Assembly: GCA_973895155.1 (NCBI GenBank) | Contig: OZ316897.1 | Span: forward strand, 13,825,375 to 13,889,374 | From: Marsupella aquatica | Taxonomy: Eukaryota > Plantae > Marchantiophyta | Reading direction: 5' to 3' | Length of the DNA stretch: 64,000 nt | Shown: piece after piece, positions 11,049-23,400 of the stretch | Layout: each line of letters opens with the position of its first letter | Position numbering within the stretch: position 1 is the stretch's first letter | Notes under the pieces: model-generated | Told to the model about the DNA's origin: nothing | Seen by the model: the letters and a program-made list of their open reading frames with translations, nothing else | The model's database searches: none | Position numbers and translations under genes: made by a program

Positions 11049-12495
11049 GTGCCAGAAGTTTTGTACTCCAGAAACTGCGAAATGCTTCAATCACCCGTCC
11101 GTGAAGCAAAAAAAATAACGCAAGGATCGAAGACATTAGCAGTGAGTGATGATGGTCTCAGAGGGAAGAGACTCCGAGCCTGCCCCATGCCCAAGCAGGC
11201 GAGAGTGGATGGAGAAACCAAGTGGGGTCTGGTAGAAGGCTTTAATTGTCTCAGTCTCGAGCGACTCGAACCAGATCGATTCACTAGTGCTGTCGTCCTG
11301 AAGCTTATGTAAATTCTGCCTCGATGAGGAAGAGCTCGAGCAGATCGATATATGGGTGATAGTCAACAAGCCTCTTCGACGATACTCGTCTTCGAAACGA
11401 TATCACTCTTTACTGTGTAATTTTAGCTTACCAAATTGTTTCTGGCGCACTAAGTCATTCATTCGGCTAATACCCTAGAGGAGTTCATTTACTTCTTTTC
11501 TATGAGAACGTAAAATGATGCTCCCATGGACCACAACATTGGTCTTTGAAACCCCCATGTACCACATTTCCCAAAATTTGAATTTAAATGTGCTAACTTA
11601 ATTTTTGGTCATTTTGGTTACATTTAGAATCATATTCTGGTTGAGTAATTAGTCATGGAATGCGTCAAGGTAAATTCTATTAGATTAATTTTTATCGTGT
11701 TAATATAAAATTTTAGGGCTTGTGTGTTTTTGGTCTCCTCCTTCTTTAGCTGCCTTGCAAGTGAAAAACTAACAATTATTTTAGTACTTGTAATTATCAA
11801 GTTATAAGCCCAGAACTCATATAGATCACATTTAGCAGTGTGTCTAACATGGAGACTAGCCTCAATGCCCAGTCTCGTTGAATATTAATTAAATGAAGAC
11901 AAGAATTATCATTCATGTCATCATTTGAACATACATCATACTCTATATGCACATAAATAATCCATGTCATCATTTGAACATACATCATACTCTCTCTATG
12001 GACATAAATTTTGGTGGGCCTGGAGTCAGAGTCTAGACCCCAACTCTAGTTTCTAATGGCGCTTTATAGATAAGATTAATGATTCAGGGAGAAGGAGTCT
12101 CCGGAAAGTCAATAATGACTCCTGGACCTTGTGCTGCCTGTCCTCGTCCACCTACTGCCCTATAAAACTTGAAAATGGTCGCCCATTACCCTTCCTTGTC
12201 TCCATACTGCCTGATAAAACCAGAAACAATCGTCATTCTCTAAGTGTCACTAAAGTTTCCTGGGACCCCACTTTTGGTTAAATTTGTGTAAAAGAATTTG
12301 CACCCACAGGATTCGAGACATGGGGACCTCTATCCTACTCCCCACTCATCACTCTACCATCCCACCAGAGTCTAAAGTACCAAAGCTTTAACTTACCTTC
12401 TTGTTCTTCAGGGTTTGGCAGCAGCCGGCGGGTACAGAGCGGGGTACAGTTAGAGAGTCATAAATGATTTTCCAGAAACACATAACCCTGAATGA

Positions 12496-12706
12496 TTAAA
12501 CCACACCTGCCCCTATAAAGGGCTGCGGGTAACCCGTAGCTCTCATTCTAAAGAGTATAGGTTCAGAAATGGGCTTTGAGCTCCACAAAAGGTGCTGATT
12601 ACAAATTTTTTTTTAACAAGTACTCCACAAAAGGTGCTAGTGTTCCACCTTTTTTGGTGAGTAGTGAGACATGGAACGAGGCTTTATAGTGGCAGGTGTG
12701 GTTTAA
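12496..12706. mobile_element. 211-bp MITE-like element with 25-bp inverted ends
   Basis: TTAAACCACACCTGCCCCTATAAAG and CTTTATAGTGGCAGGTGTGGTTTAA pair with 1 mismatch. CTCCACAAAAGGTGCT is a direct repeat inside. Confidence 0.7.
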
Positions 12707-12749
12707 GTCAAAGTCAGCAATGGTAGTTTGCTAAACTCTTCAATACTGT

Positions 12750-15150
12750 TTCCAGGCTGTGCATGAGTTAGTCACAATAATTCACAGCACATTTGTTATA
12801 TCACTATAGGCGTGTGTCAACGAGTGTACTATAACACTAGCTAATTTGGTGCTAAGGCCTGAAAATGACCCCAGAAAGTATTTTGGGAATCTGCAGTGTA
12901 GAAGTGGCCCTAGAATGTATTGTTCAATCTAGTGTGACAATGTAGGTTTGGGGTGTGGTAACTAACTGCACATAAAAAAGCAGCACTGAGATACATAGAA
13001 GGAACAACACTCGCTGATATAAAAAGAACAATTGGTTATGGTGACATAGAAAAATGAAACTCATTCAACCTGTATTGGAGGATTAATTTGCAATCTCATT
13101 CTTGTGCCGCATGTAACTTAACCAGTGTTGCAAAAGCGACTGAAGTAGGTGACAACATGCTAATTTCACAGTTAAATGGTGGCAATCTAGTAATTCTCAA
13201 AACTTGACAATGGATGTGATACTGTGGCTTTATCAACAGATCAATGCATTTTGCAGTGACCGGGCTAAAAGCAAAAAGATGTTAGAAAGGGTTAATTAAC
13301 TTACAGTTTATGACATCTTGAAATGGGTTTGGTTCCAGCTTAGCCAGACAGTAACCAGTTTATAAAATTCTGCAATGGAGTAACACATAATATTTTTTGA
13401 CTGGGAGCAATATGTGAAATGTATTGACGTCGGATTGTTTTGATTGATGTTGCTTGGGTGTTATGTTACCTCCAAATTGTGTTTATAATAACATAAACCG
13501 AATTAGTATTAGAATCCTAATATTTGTTAATGCGCACCACATAAGTGACCAATTGCCATGAACAGTAGGGTGGTGACTAAATCTGCAATATTCAAAACTA
13601 TCTTGAGTGCTGGTATTTGAACATAAACAGAGGTTAGTACCTTCAAGCCCAGTCTGCCATTTGCAGAGACTCACCTTCACCCTATGTCCAATCCATGCTT
13701 CTCACTTGCACCCCTAATTTCAGTCATGCCCCAAGTCACAGTCTAGAGGCTTCACTCTACGGAGGAGGCCCCCAAAAGTAGCTTTTGATAGTTATTATAT
13801 AATCAGGTGAGCGTTCATGACAACATCATCCTTCCCTGCCCCCTCCAGATGGGGTTTAGGGGGGCTTTACAAGACCGCGGGGGCCGTTCCAATTTTTTTC
13901 CAGTCTCCCAGATGTGATCCTAGCCGTGCATTCGTGAGAACTGGCCACACTTGACTTTACAAGACCCCGGGGGGACGTTTCCCGTCAGAGGATCCCGATC
14001 CTACATGGACATTAGTGGGGCCCGTGTAGGGCCCAGTTTTTGCAGACGTGTCACGGCTGTTCGGGCAAAGGTTTAGACCACCTCCTCGGGTGGTTTTTTC
14101 TTTCGTCCGTTTGGTCCATTGCTATATTCAGCCTTCGCATTAACTCTGACCCCACAGAAGCAACTATCCAGGCTTTACAAGACCGCGGGGGGCTTTACAA
14201 GACCGCGGGTCCACCATTGATTGAAAGAAAGACTGAGCTTGACAATCTTCTCCCGCGCAATCAAATATTTCCTCCCCGTCAATTTTGGGAGTTATCAGAC
14301 AGCTGGCCCTTGTTTCTGTCTTTTCTGTGTCCCATCTCTCAAAGTGGGCGTTGTTCACTTTACATGAGGCTGGGCGCCGTTCGCTGCAGCCTGGTAGTGT
14401 GTTTGCCCCGGTTTACTAATTTTAGTTCATTAAGTGGCCCCTGGCTTTGCTTTGGAAGAGGAGGGACTGAACGGCCCCCGCGGTCTTGTAAAGCCCCCCT
14501 TAGAGAGCCACTGTCCTCAAAGCAAAACCTGGTGGATCCAAGTTATTAAAATGAGTGGATAATGTTCTCAAAAAAGTAATGAAGTGCACTTTTATGTCCT
14601 CCCCAAACCTGGTGGACCAGTGGTGGTTTAAAGTGAACATGTGTTAGCTCTCATGGCAACATCTCCCCCCCTCCCTGGGCCCATGCAGACGGTTTTAAAG
14701 TGAACATGAATTAACAGATGGTTTTCAAAGTGAGCATGTATCTGCTGTCCATGGTACAACAGTCCATGGGAAAACAGACCAATCTGGACTTGAAACCAAT
14801 GTAACTTACATTACCGTTACCATGTTCTACTCCATCTGGGCATTGACCCGATTTGATAACAACATACTTCACAGTTGCAACAGCTTTGCTTGCTTGCTGG
14901 GTCCACACATTTGACGAGAATCGATGACAACATTTCACGCTTCCATTCCGCAACCCTTGGTCCTCCAGCTGAAGCAGAGTACTTCAGTGTAATCTCATCA
15001 GTCCAATGCAGACAATTGGAAATCGGTGCACAGCCATGATGCAATGAAGCATTCAAATTGACAGAAACCTTGGAGAGCCGGTAAGATCAATGTCAATTAC
15101 TGGTGGTCCTGCTGTTGCTTGCAGAACAGTGACAACGAAGTGACGACTGC
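12750..15150 (-). pseudogene. Decayed, intron-containing Cys-rich coding relic, tentatively KDZ/Zisupton (CxC-type) transposase
   Basis: Fragments W..RVAEWKREMLSSILVKC...SCCNCE/(frameshift)YVVIKSGQCP and HVHFK..LH, with many stops and frameshifts. A MITE is inserted in it. Confidence 0.25.
13859..14499. mobile_element. PIF/Harbinger (Tourist-like) MITE, 641 bp
   Basis: Perfect 31-bp TIR GGGGGGCTTTACAAGACCGCGGGGGCCGTTC, with TTA target-site duplication at 13856-13858 and 14500-14502. Confidence 0.92.
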
Positions 15151-15162
15151 ACCGATGCTGCA

Positions 15163-15290
15163 AACTGCAAGTCTCTCCTATACCACTGAAGGAAAAAAAT
15201 GGATTGCAGCAACAGTTTGACCAGAAACTGCAAGTCTCTCCGGTATACCACTGAAGGTAAAAATTGGATTGCAGCAACAGTTTGACCAGG
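15163..15290. repeat. Tandem duplication of about 61 bp
   Basis: AAACTGCAAGTCTCTCC...ACCACTGAAGG...GGATTGCAGCAACAGTTTGACCAG occurs twice. Confidence 0.85.
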
Positions 15291-16009
15291 GACGGAAAGC
15301 TGTTTCGGAATTTATTGACGTGGGTGGGTAGTGCGCATTGTGTGATCTCCAGAGGGTAGCGTAATTCTGTTTGATTGATCTCAAATATCGTAGATGCAGA
15401 GGCTAGCTGAAGGAAGACGGTAGGGGTCAAGCAAGTAATGTGATCATCTGAGCAGAGCGGGTGTCAAAGGTTCGCATCTGAAGCAGACGGTGGAGTAAGC
15501 AGTCTAGAGACGGGGGTGGAATGTGTTTTGATACTTCTGTCGTTTCAGAGCATGCCAGAGTTAGCCACAAATTGAAGCAGCGACAAGCAGAAGACAGAAT
15601 TAATTCAGAAGGATGAGAAGACGGGCTGTTCAATCATGCTCTCCATGCATTGGGAGCACAGCTGAGCGGTAGGTTTTGGAAGCAAAGAGCGAGAGAGGGA
15701 GGCGTGGTTTGAATTAAGCCGAATCACAATGCTGAATTTCGTGCATTTTATTCAAATATTCGGGGAGTATTATTCGTCTGAAGTAAAGGAGCACACAATC
15801 GGAGAGTTCCAGTAGCATTTTCTAGCAGAAAAGACGTTGGATGGTTGATGGATCAGGTATTGAGTCAAAGCAGCATGTTTGAGTGAATTCGGGACTATCG
15901 ACGAGGAAGAGTGCTGATGATGCACAACGCAACCGTTTGTCTGCTATTAGCAGCTGCTTTGGAGGAGGATTGTAATTCGAACAAAGGAACGCTCTAACGG
16001 AACGAAGCA

Positions 16010-19000
16010 ATGGCGATTGCTGGTCTGTACCGCCGTGCCCTGCCGTCCCCTCCCGCCACTGATTTCGGGTCAGCAGAGGGCAAGGTGAGTGCCGGCTAGA
16101 CTCAATGTGACGAGCGACTTAGGGGTTTTGTTTTGGGTTTGATGCTCAGAGCTTTTCACGTAAATTGTCATAGTTGGATGGGGTATGATATAGAGTGATC
16201 TACTGGTGGACTCGTTGAATCTTGAGGGCTGCCGTGACAGATTTCCGGAAACCAACGTTGGTGAATCTTATGTACTGAATTGGAGTTAGTCCAAGAAGCC
16301 GGAGGCGTTGGCAGCAGCATTGCTGCAGTCTAAACACAACCTTGAGAAGCGGGCCATTTGTGAAAAACTCCATTCAACAATATTTCTTCGTATCGTTAAA
16401 TCCTTTCTCGGATTGATCAAAAGTCGTAAATGTGCTGTAGGGTATTCTTGTTCAGGGCTATTGACAGGTTTAAGAGTTTCTGATGAGTCTTCGTGGGTGT
16501 TTTTGTATGCAGATGGTATTCCGAGAGGCTCTGCAAGATGGGACCATGGAAGGGTTTTTCCAGCTCATTGCGCACTTCCAGACTCAAGCCGAGCCAGCTT
16601 ACTGTGGGCTTGCTGCGCTATCTGTTGTACTTAACGCTTTGGCCATCGATCCCCGTCGAACATGGAAAGGTAAAAGGTCAAATTGACGAAGTCCATTGAT
16701 TTTGACCCTAGACTGGCAACAACATGCCATAAATGCAGTTCATAACCCTTTGGAAGCTCACTCTCACATCTAAGATCTGAATGTTGGGCGATGGGCTGAC
16801 CAAGCACAGAGCAGTAGAGATTCTTAGTGCCTTGCATTGCAATACATCTCTTATTGTAGGCCAAGTAGGGCAGGACTACTAGTGACGTGATTACATTGTT
16901 AACATCATAGATGTTGAAATACTGCTTAAGGACCATAGGCCACGTCTTTTCCGAAATGGTTTACGCAATGTAGGTTCTTGCTGTGCTACCTGGATATTCC
17001 TTACATGTGGTCACCCTGAGGTGTTCTGTATCCCTCTCAATGTTAGGCAGCTAGATCAGTTCCTGGCTGGCCTTTTCCGTGGTGGCAATGATTTTTAGTT
17101 AGCCTACATGAGCTGACTTGTTTCCTTCTGTTAGGTCCATGGCGTTGGATTGATGAAACAATGCTGGAATGCTGCGAGTCCTTGGAGAAGGTGAAGGCAG
17201 AGGGTATGACCTTTGCAAAAGTAGCATGTGCTGGAAACTGTGCAGGAGCTTCTGTGAAGGCAATACGGTCCAACAAGAGCTCTCTGGACGAATTTCGCCA
17301 GTACGTGCGTGACTGTTGTTTATCAGACGATAAGCACATCATTGTTTCTTACGACAGGAAAATATTGAAGCAGGTAAAGTGCCCCCCTTTCCTTTGGTAT
17401 TGACTTGAGTGAGATCAATTCCTCATTTTCCTTCTTAGCTCTGCACTATCTGTTCGTCTGCGACTTTGACGAGAACAAGGACGGGGCTCCGAGAAGGATC
17501 CTGATTCAAGTTTCAGGCTGACAGACTTCCCTTTGGACCAGACTGGAAGTGGTCATTTTTCTCCGATTGGAGGGTACCACCGAGAGAAGGACTTGGCACT
17601 CATTTTGGATGTGGCTCGGTTCAAATACCCCCCGCATTGGGTACCCTTAGCTCTACTCTGGGAAGCTGTCAACACTATCGATCCTACTACATCAAACTGG
17701 AGAGGGTGAGCACTGGAGGAGTTATCTATGCAGCCTTCATGATGACAGTTGTTGATGCCTTCTTGTATGTAGTCAACCCCAAAAACGTAGCTGAGGAGAT
17801 GGGTTGGGATCTGGCTTGATAGCATTGTGCTTTTTAAATATTTCTGGTTGGTGGTGAAGTTCCGGTGATATGAACATTCAGATCAGAAATTTTGAATGCG
17901 TAGAATACTGTTGGCTTTGTTTCTTTGCAGGTTCATGCTGGCAACTAAACCAAAACGAAATCCATCTGTTCTGTTCACTCTGGTGAGTAATAACCATCAA
18001 CAGTCGAGTAACAGAGGGCCATTCACAGCAGTGAGGAACTCTAATTTCAGACGAAGTCATAATGAAATAGTCTGTCAGAACTCACAAGGAACAAATGCCT
18101 TCCAAATTCGTGCTATGATCAGCACGTCTGTGTCTCATGCGTTCATTCAAAGTTTTCTGATCCGGCTAGCATAATTGCATTGCAGTCATGTAAGGATGAA
18201 CTTTGGAGGCCGATTTCAAAATATCTTTTTGAAGAGGTTCCCAAACTTTTGAGCAACGCAGCCGTTGAAAGCACGCAAGAAGCTGTGTCTGTCACCCTGG
18301 GTTCCCTGCCTGGAAATGTAGCTGTTTTTGTGAAGTGGATTGCCGAAGTGCAGAGGGCTAATACGGCATCGATGAGTTCAGCAAGTGAAGCCGATCTTGC
18401 TCTGAGTGCTAAGGTTAGTATCTACCTCCAGGTGATAATTGTACTACCAATTGTTGGCTAGTACTGGAGCCGTTTTGTCTAGACAAGCAGTGACAAGAGA
18501 CGATGTCGTTGGATAGTGATTTCTTTGTCTGATTCTGCAAACAAATAAAACGTCAACGTTCAAGTTTCAGGGTTGGTCGTCTGCTTGTCACATTGGACAA
18601 GCCTCAGTTTCAAGTTTGTAGCCAGGGTGGTCCTCCTTGTGTTTTTAATTGTTACCTTCTCTTACAGGTGAAAATTCTGGAGGCTTTACGGGAAACAGAA
18701 CTGTACTCCATTGTGTCAAATTTGGTGACGGGTACATGTATTGGGTGTCGAGTGCCAGCCCTCAGCGAGGAAGGTGTATCTGAATCCTTGAAGAGTGCTT
18801 GTTGCCATGGGGCTGCTGCTCTTTCAGGAAAGCTGAATTCGTCATCCCTCTGCTGTACGATGACTTCTGCGAGCAAGAGGTTGGATAGCGGCACTGAGAC
18901 TACAATGGCTGTTACAGACACACTCAGCCTCAGTGGAGTTCAGGACAATGTCAACATCGTTGTCCCCACCTCAGTTGTCTGTGATGGGGAAAAACATTGC

Positions 19001-19348
19001 GCTTCTCTACCTCCTGGCTCTGCAGACATGCTGACCATGCTCCTTTTTGCTCTTCCTCCCAACTCTTGGTCCTCAATAAGGAACAAAGGTGTCCAGTCTG
19101 AGTTATCAGGTGCTTGTTCAATTGTGGATCTTCCAATCAGCTTCCAAGATGAGGTAAATAGCATTGAATCTGATCCGATCTGTCCTTTCAATAGGTTCGT
19201 TGTGAGATTCATCTGAATATTTACTCCGTATGGACCATTTCTCATTTGTGTTTGACAACAGGTGGAGAATCTTCAAGAGCAGCTCAACTTGTTGTATAGA
19301 TGGTGTAATGGCAACATAGAAGAAGAATTTGATCAGTGGAATACATAG
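16010..19348 (+). CDS. PCS: Phytochelatin synthase (glutathione gamma-glutamylcysteinyltransferase), 8 exons, 495 aa
   Basis: Exons 16010-16084, 16513-16669, 17135-17373, 17542-17705, 17931-17982, 18186-18413, 18668-19153 and 19262-19348, all GT-AG and in frame. N-terminus [15 protein letters not shown]. Catalytic Cys (EPAYCG), His (GHFSPIGGY) and Asp ([14 protein letters not shown]) are present, followed by a Cys-rich C-terminal domain. Confidence 0.96.
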
Positions 19349-20416
19349 TTCAGCGAATTGAATAGTAGCTCATCAATTGAGGAACTGCTGCAGACTGTTG
19401 TAAATGGTGAGTCGCTAGGGGCTTCCTCACTCTGGCAGGATCTCGCTAAGCTGTGAATCATTGTCGCAGTTCCAGCTAGACAAGTTCCCTTAACTGGCGA
19501 AATATCTCGTTTCGCATACAGAGCAGGACGTCTTTTAAGAATAAGATCTCGATGAGCCGAATCCATTGGTTACCGTAGACCTAATGTAGATCTGTGTTAT
19601 ATGAATAAAAGATAAAGCCTCATGCTGTCTTGCAAATTTGAAAGGACTTGCTCCGTTACTCGCTCAGTGTCTTCAGTTACCTTTGGTGCCTTCAGTACTC
19701 AACTACAAACCCGAATTACCATAGAGCGTACACCATTGACAGCTACTCTATGGGTACGACAAAGGCTCCGAGCGAATCACCAGGGCAACTGTTGTACAAG
19801 GTCCGTCAAACGCTTTCATCCTTCATATGCCTAATTCAGGCATTGACCTCCTGACTTATGATATAACCAAGGCAGGTTGAAGGAATGTTATGGTTATCAG
19901 TTGCGAAGGCCATCAGCTGGCTGCCTAGTGATCGATTGGGTACATAGAAAGCTGCTACATAATGCAATTGTCAGCCACACCTTTGAGAAATTAGAGAATC
20001 CAAGTTACAATTTGCAATTCTCTCGAAGAGAATCCTTTTCTATAATGGAATAAATGGCCATATTCGTAGCCACAGATACATCCTCTGAAAATGGAATGCC
20101 ACAAGGCCTCTGGTCAACGTGTTGTTTTCATGACAAGACGTCAACCTATCCAAACCAATCTAAAGTGACTAAAATTACAAATTTCTCATTCTGATGAGAG
20201 GAAACCCTTTCTGGGCAAAGCCGCCCAGCTATATACCCTCGGTGCGAAATCTTGTATGTGTTATCTATGATACACTACAAAATCTGTCTTGAACTGCGTA
20301 TTACTCAAACCGAGTCCATTGAAAAGTGTGGACCAGGATGAGCACATGTTGATGACAGTCGGGTAACAGACAGGCTAATTCAAATATTCCCGACGCTCTA
20401 AGTCTGAAAACAGTAC

Positions 20417-23400
20417 TCACAAATTCTCTTCTTCAAGGTCGTCTGGTACATGCAATTTCTCAATGGCAATCTGCAACACGATAGGTGATCTTTCAGTCTA
20501 CTATAAACGGAGGTAACAATAACTTAGAATCCAATTACAGTCGGCAGTAACATGACTTTTCACAAAGACTTGGAGGATGATTTATTTCGTTTATTAGAAT
20601 CTACTAGTGTTGAGGATGCTGAGGTTCACAAGCCCCAAGGGCCTCAGACAAAGGGTACGAGATGGCAAAACAGGTAAGGTCCATTTTGTCTAAGCAGCCT
20701 CACAAACAAGATAGACAAAGGGTACGAGATGGCAAAACAGGTAAGGTCCATTTTGTCTAAGCAGCCTCACAAACAAGAACTAACCTTGATGAGGTTCACA
20801 TCAGCAGTTGAAGGCTTGAGATCCAGAGCAATCAAAAAATGATACATCGCTTTTTCGGGAAAATCCAAACGCTTGTAGATTTTGCCCATCAAGAAGAAGA
20901 CACTGCTTTCACGTGGAGCAAGTTCTTTCAACTGCTCAAGTACCTCAAGAGCCTCATGATACCTTTCTTCACTCATGAGCACATTTGCTTTCTGATACTT
21001 AGGTAAGGGATTTTTCTTGTCTGCTAAAATAGATTGCTCCAGCAATAACAGCGCCTCCGTATTTTTCTGCAAAATAGCAGCCGCTCAGAACAGTGCTGCA
21101 GATTTCTGGAGCAAAGAAATATCACAGGGCAACTTGTATAGGCCATTCAAAAGATGACATAGTTGACCTAAACTACTTGGAGCAAATAAGCTATTCAAGT
21201 CTCACATGATCATCAGATTGAACCCAAACTGGCCACACTTTGTGAAGCCCTAGCTTTGCTCCATGACTCAGAAAGACCACAACCAAGTCCAAACAACTTA
21301 GATCAGTATTGCCTTTCCCGGTACCCATATCCAGTCAGCCTTCGAGTCAAGAGCCTCTACTGCCTGGTCTATCAAGACCAGCGTAACCTCTAGGCCAGGT
21401 GCAACAGCTTTCCTCCCCAGGAGGGCTTGCAAGTAATCTATTTGTTGAGTCATGCAATTAGATCATGAAACGCCGTAGTGTTAGGAAGGCATCATACCAG
21501 GAAACGTCAGGACTATTGATAGCATTTGGCTAAAAGGGGATCATTACCTTCAGTGCATGAAGAGCCATTCCCAAATAGCAGTGGAGGACAGAAGAACGAG
21601 AGTTTATGTGCAGCGCACACCTAAAATGATACTCTGCAAGTTCAAATTTTTCTTGTCGGAAATATATTGTTCCTAGCCCATACCTGCAAAAGTAGCCAAC
21701 AAAATTCAGCACGTAACCGAAGGACCTCCATAACCTCGTCGTGACTCTTGAAAAAATATGAAATGAAACTTCCCAGACAGGAAGGAGGCCAGGAGAAGGG
21801 GGTGGAATGGAAGCCCTACTAGCTACCCACCAAGCATTGTAGTGCCGAGAATCCATTCGAATAGCATTGCGGTAACATGTAAGGCCCTCTTCAAAGTCCT
21901 CCATGGCGACATACCTGCAGATTGCATTGATAACTTTTGGCATGAAGACACTTCAAAATAACCTCCTGGTACCAAAATTCTTGGCATGCATCTTTTGGAA
22001 AAGGACTAGACCACCTGACGGCATTTTGGGAAAGATACTTACTCATGTCCACAAAGGGTGTAAGCATAGGTAAAGTGTGAATCAATTTGCAGAGCTCGCT
22101 GGAAAAACTTAAGAGCAGTCTCATGATCCTTTTGCAGACTGAAACAATTGCCCATCACACACCTACACAAACACACAGCTGTCCAACATTTTCACCATTA
22201 TGAAAAACAGCAAGTTCATGCCAAGCAGGCAACATTATGCCATGAGCCCTCATACAGAAGTGTCAAATAACAACCACCGGTTGTGCCGAGATCGCTTCAT
22301 AGCATGTCAACATTTCAACTTCCAGATTTGACATCCGGGAGCAACTTATTTGCAATCCCTCTACTCGACATAACACCTTAGAGCATATTCTTATAGCCCG
22401 CAACCCACTTGTATTCGCATACAAAGCTAGACCACAAAAACAGAAATTCATACCAGGCTTGCGGAGATAAACGGTCCATTGCAACTATTTCCTGTGCAAG
22501 ATAACTGAGCTCCACATCTTTCTTCATATGCTGACAGACAAAGAGGCCCACAGCCAAAGCATAGAATGAAAAAACAATTCAACGGAAATAACCATGAGCT
22601 GAAGCAAGAGTCTTTCAGATCATCGGAACGTAGATCAGAGAGAAGTTTTGGGGGCAAGAAGCGGATCATTTTGACGATGGAAGCATGTCATCCTGCTTTT
22701 CAAGAGGAAGGACTGATGGGCCGGCACCAGCAGACCATGATTATCTGAAAATCAATTTTACTTACATATCTCTAGACATCATAGAGAAGGGAACCTTGAA
22801 AAGGTGAAGATCGATGACAAAACATTAACGGTCATGATGGTGCACCAGCTGCGGAAACTGTAAATTCTTTAAGAAGGTGGATAATAGTTATACGACGAAC
22901 CAAGGCTATTACAGGAAAGCATCAAATTTAATTTTGATAGAAACGATCACAGAACTTACAGCGATAATGACTGATAAAACTGGCTTATCTACTAGCAAAA
23001 CTACAATTTGTAGTCACTCAAATCTTGTAGTGGTTAGTTAGAACTTACATAAAGGACGGTAGAGAAAATGTCAGTTCCTTCCACATGGTACGGTGAAATT
23101 CGCCTTGCCCAGCTAAATATACGCTCAGCTTCTGGATAGTCCACCATTTCACAATAGGCCCGTGCAACCTGAAAGCAAGCTGTAATTATCATTGCCACTC
23201 TCTCAAACGACCTGTAGGCATACGACAAATGGCGAGCTAGTGTTTGATATGCCACCAAAATAGACTTGCCTGTGAGAGAACCCATGCAGTGGCAAACTGT
23301 TGCTGAGGGAGTTTCGAAAACGCCAATACGGCTTCCTGGGATATACAAGACAACGTTCAGGCTTAGTGAAGTCTACACAGGCACGTAAGATACTTTCTCA

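Noticed and set aside
12295-12370. Second tRNA-like segment on the minus strand (TGGTGGGATGGTAGA...GTCTCGAATCC)
   Set aside because: The B box is degenerate and there is no cloverleaf. At most it is an old SINE fragment.
14040-14549. 169-aa ORF
   Set aside because: It lies inside the MITE and reads through its TIR, and has no transposase motifs.
5575-19348. DPH7 and PCS as a metal-stress gene cluster
   Set aside because: They are 9 kb apart with unrelated elements between and no shared motifs seen. Adjacency alone is not evidence without synteny or co-expression.
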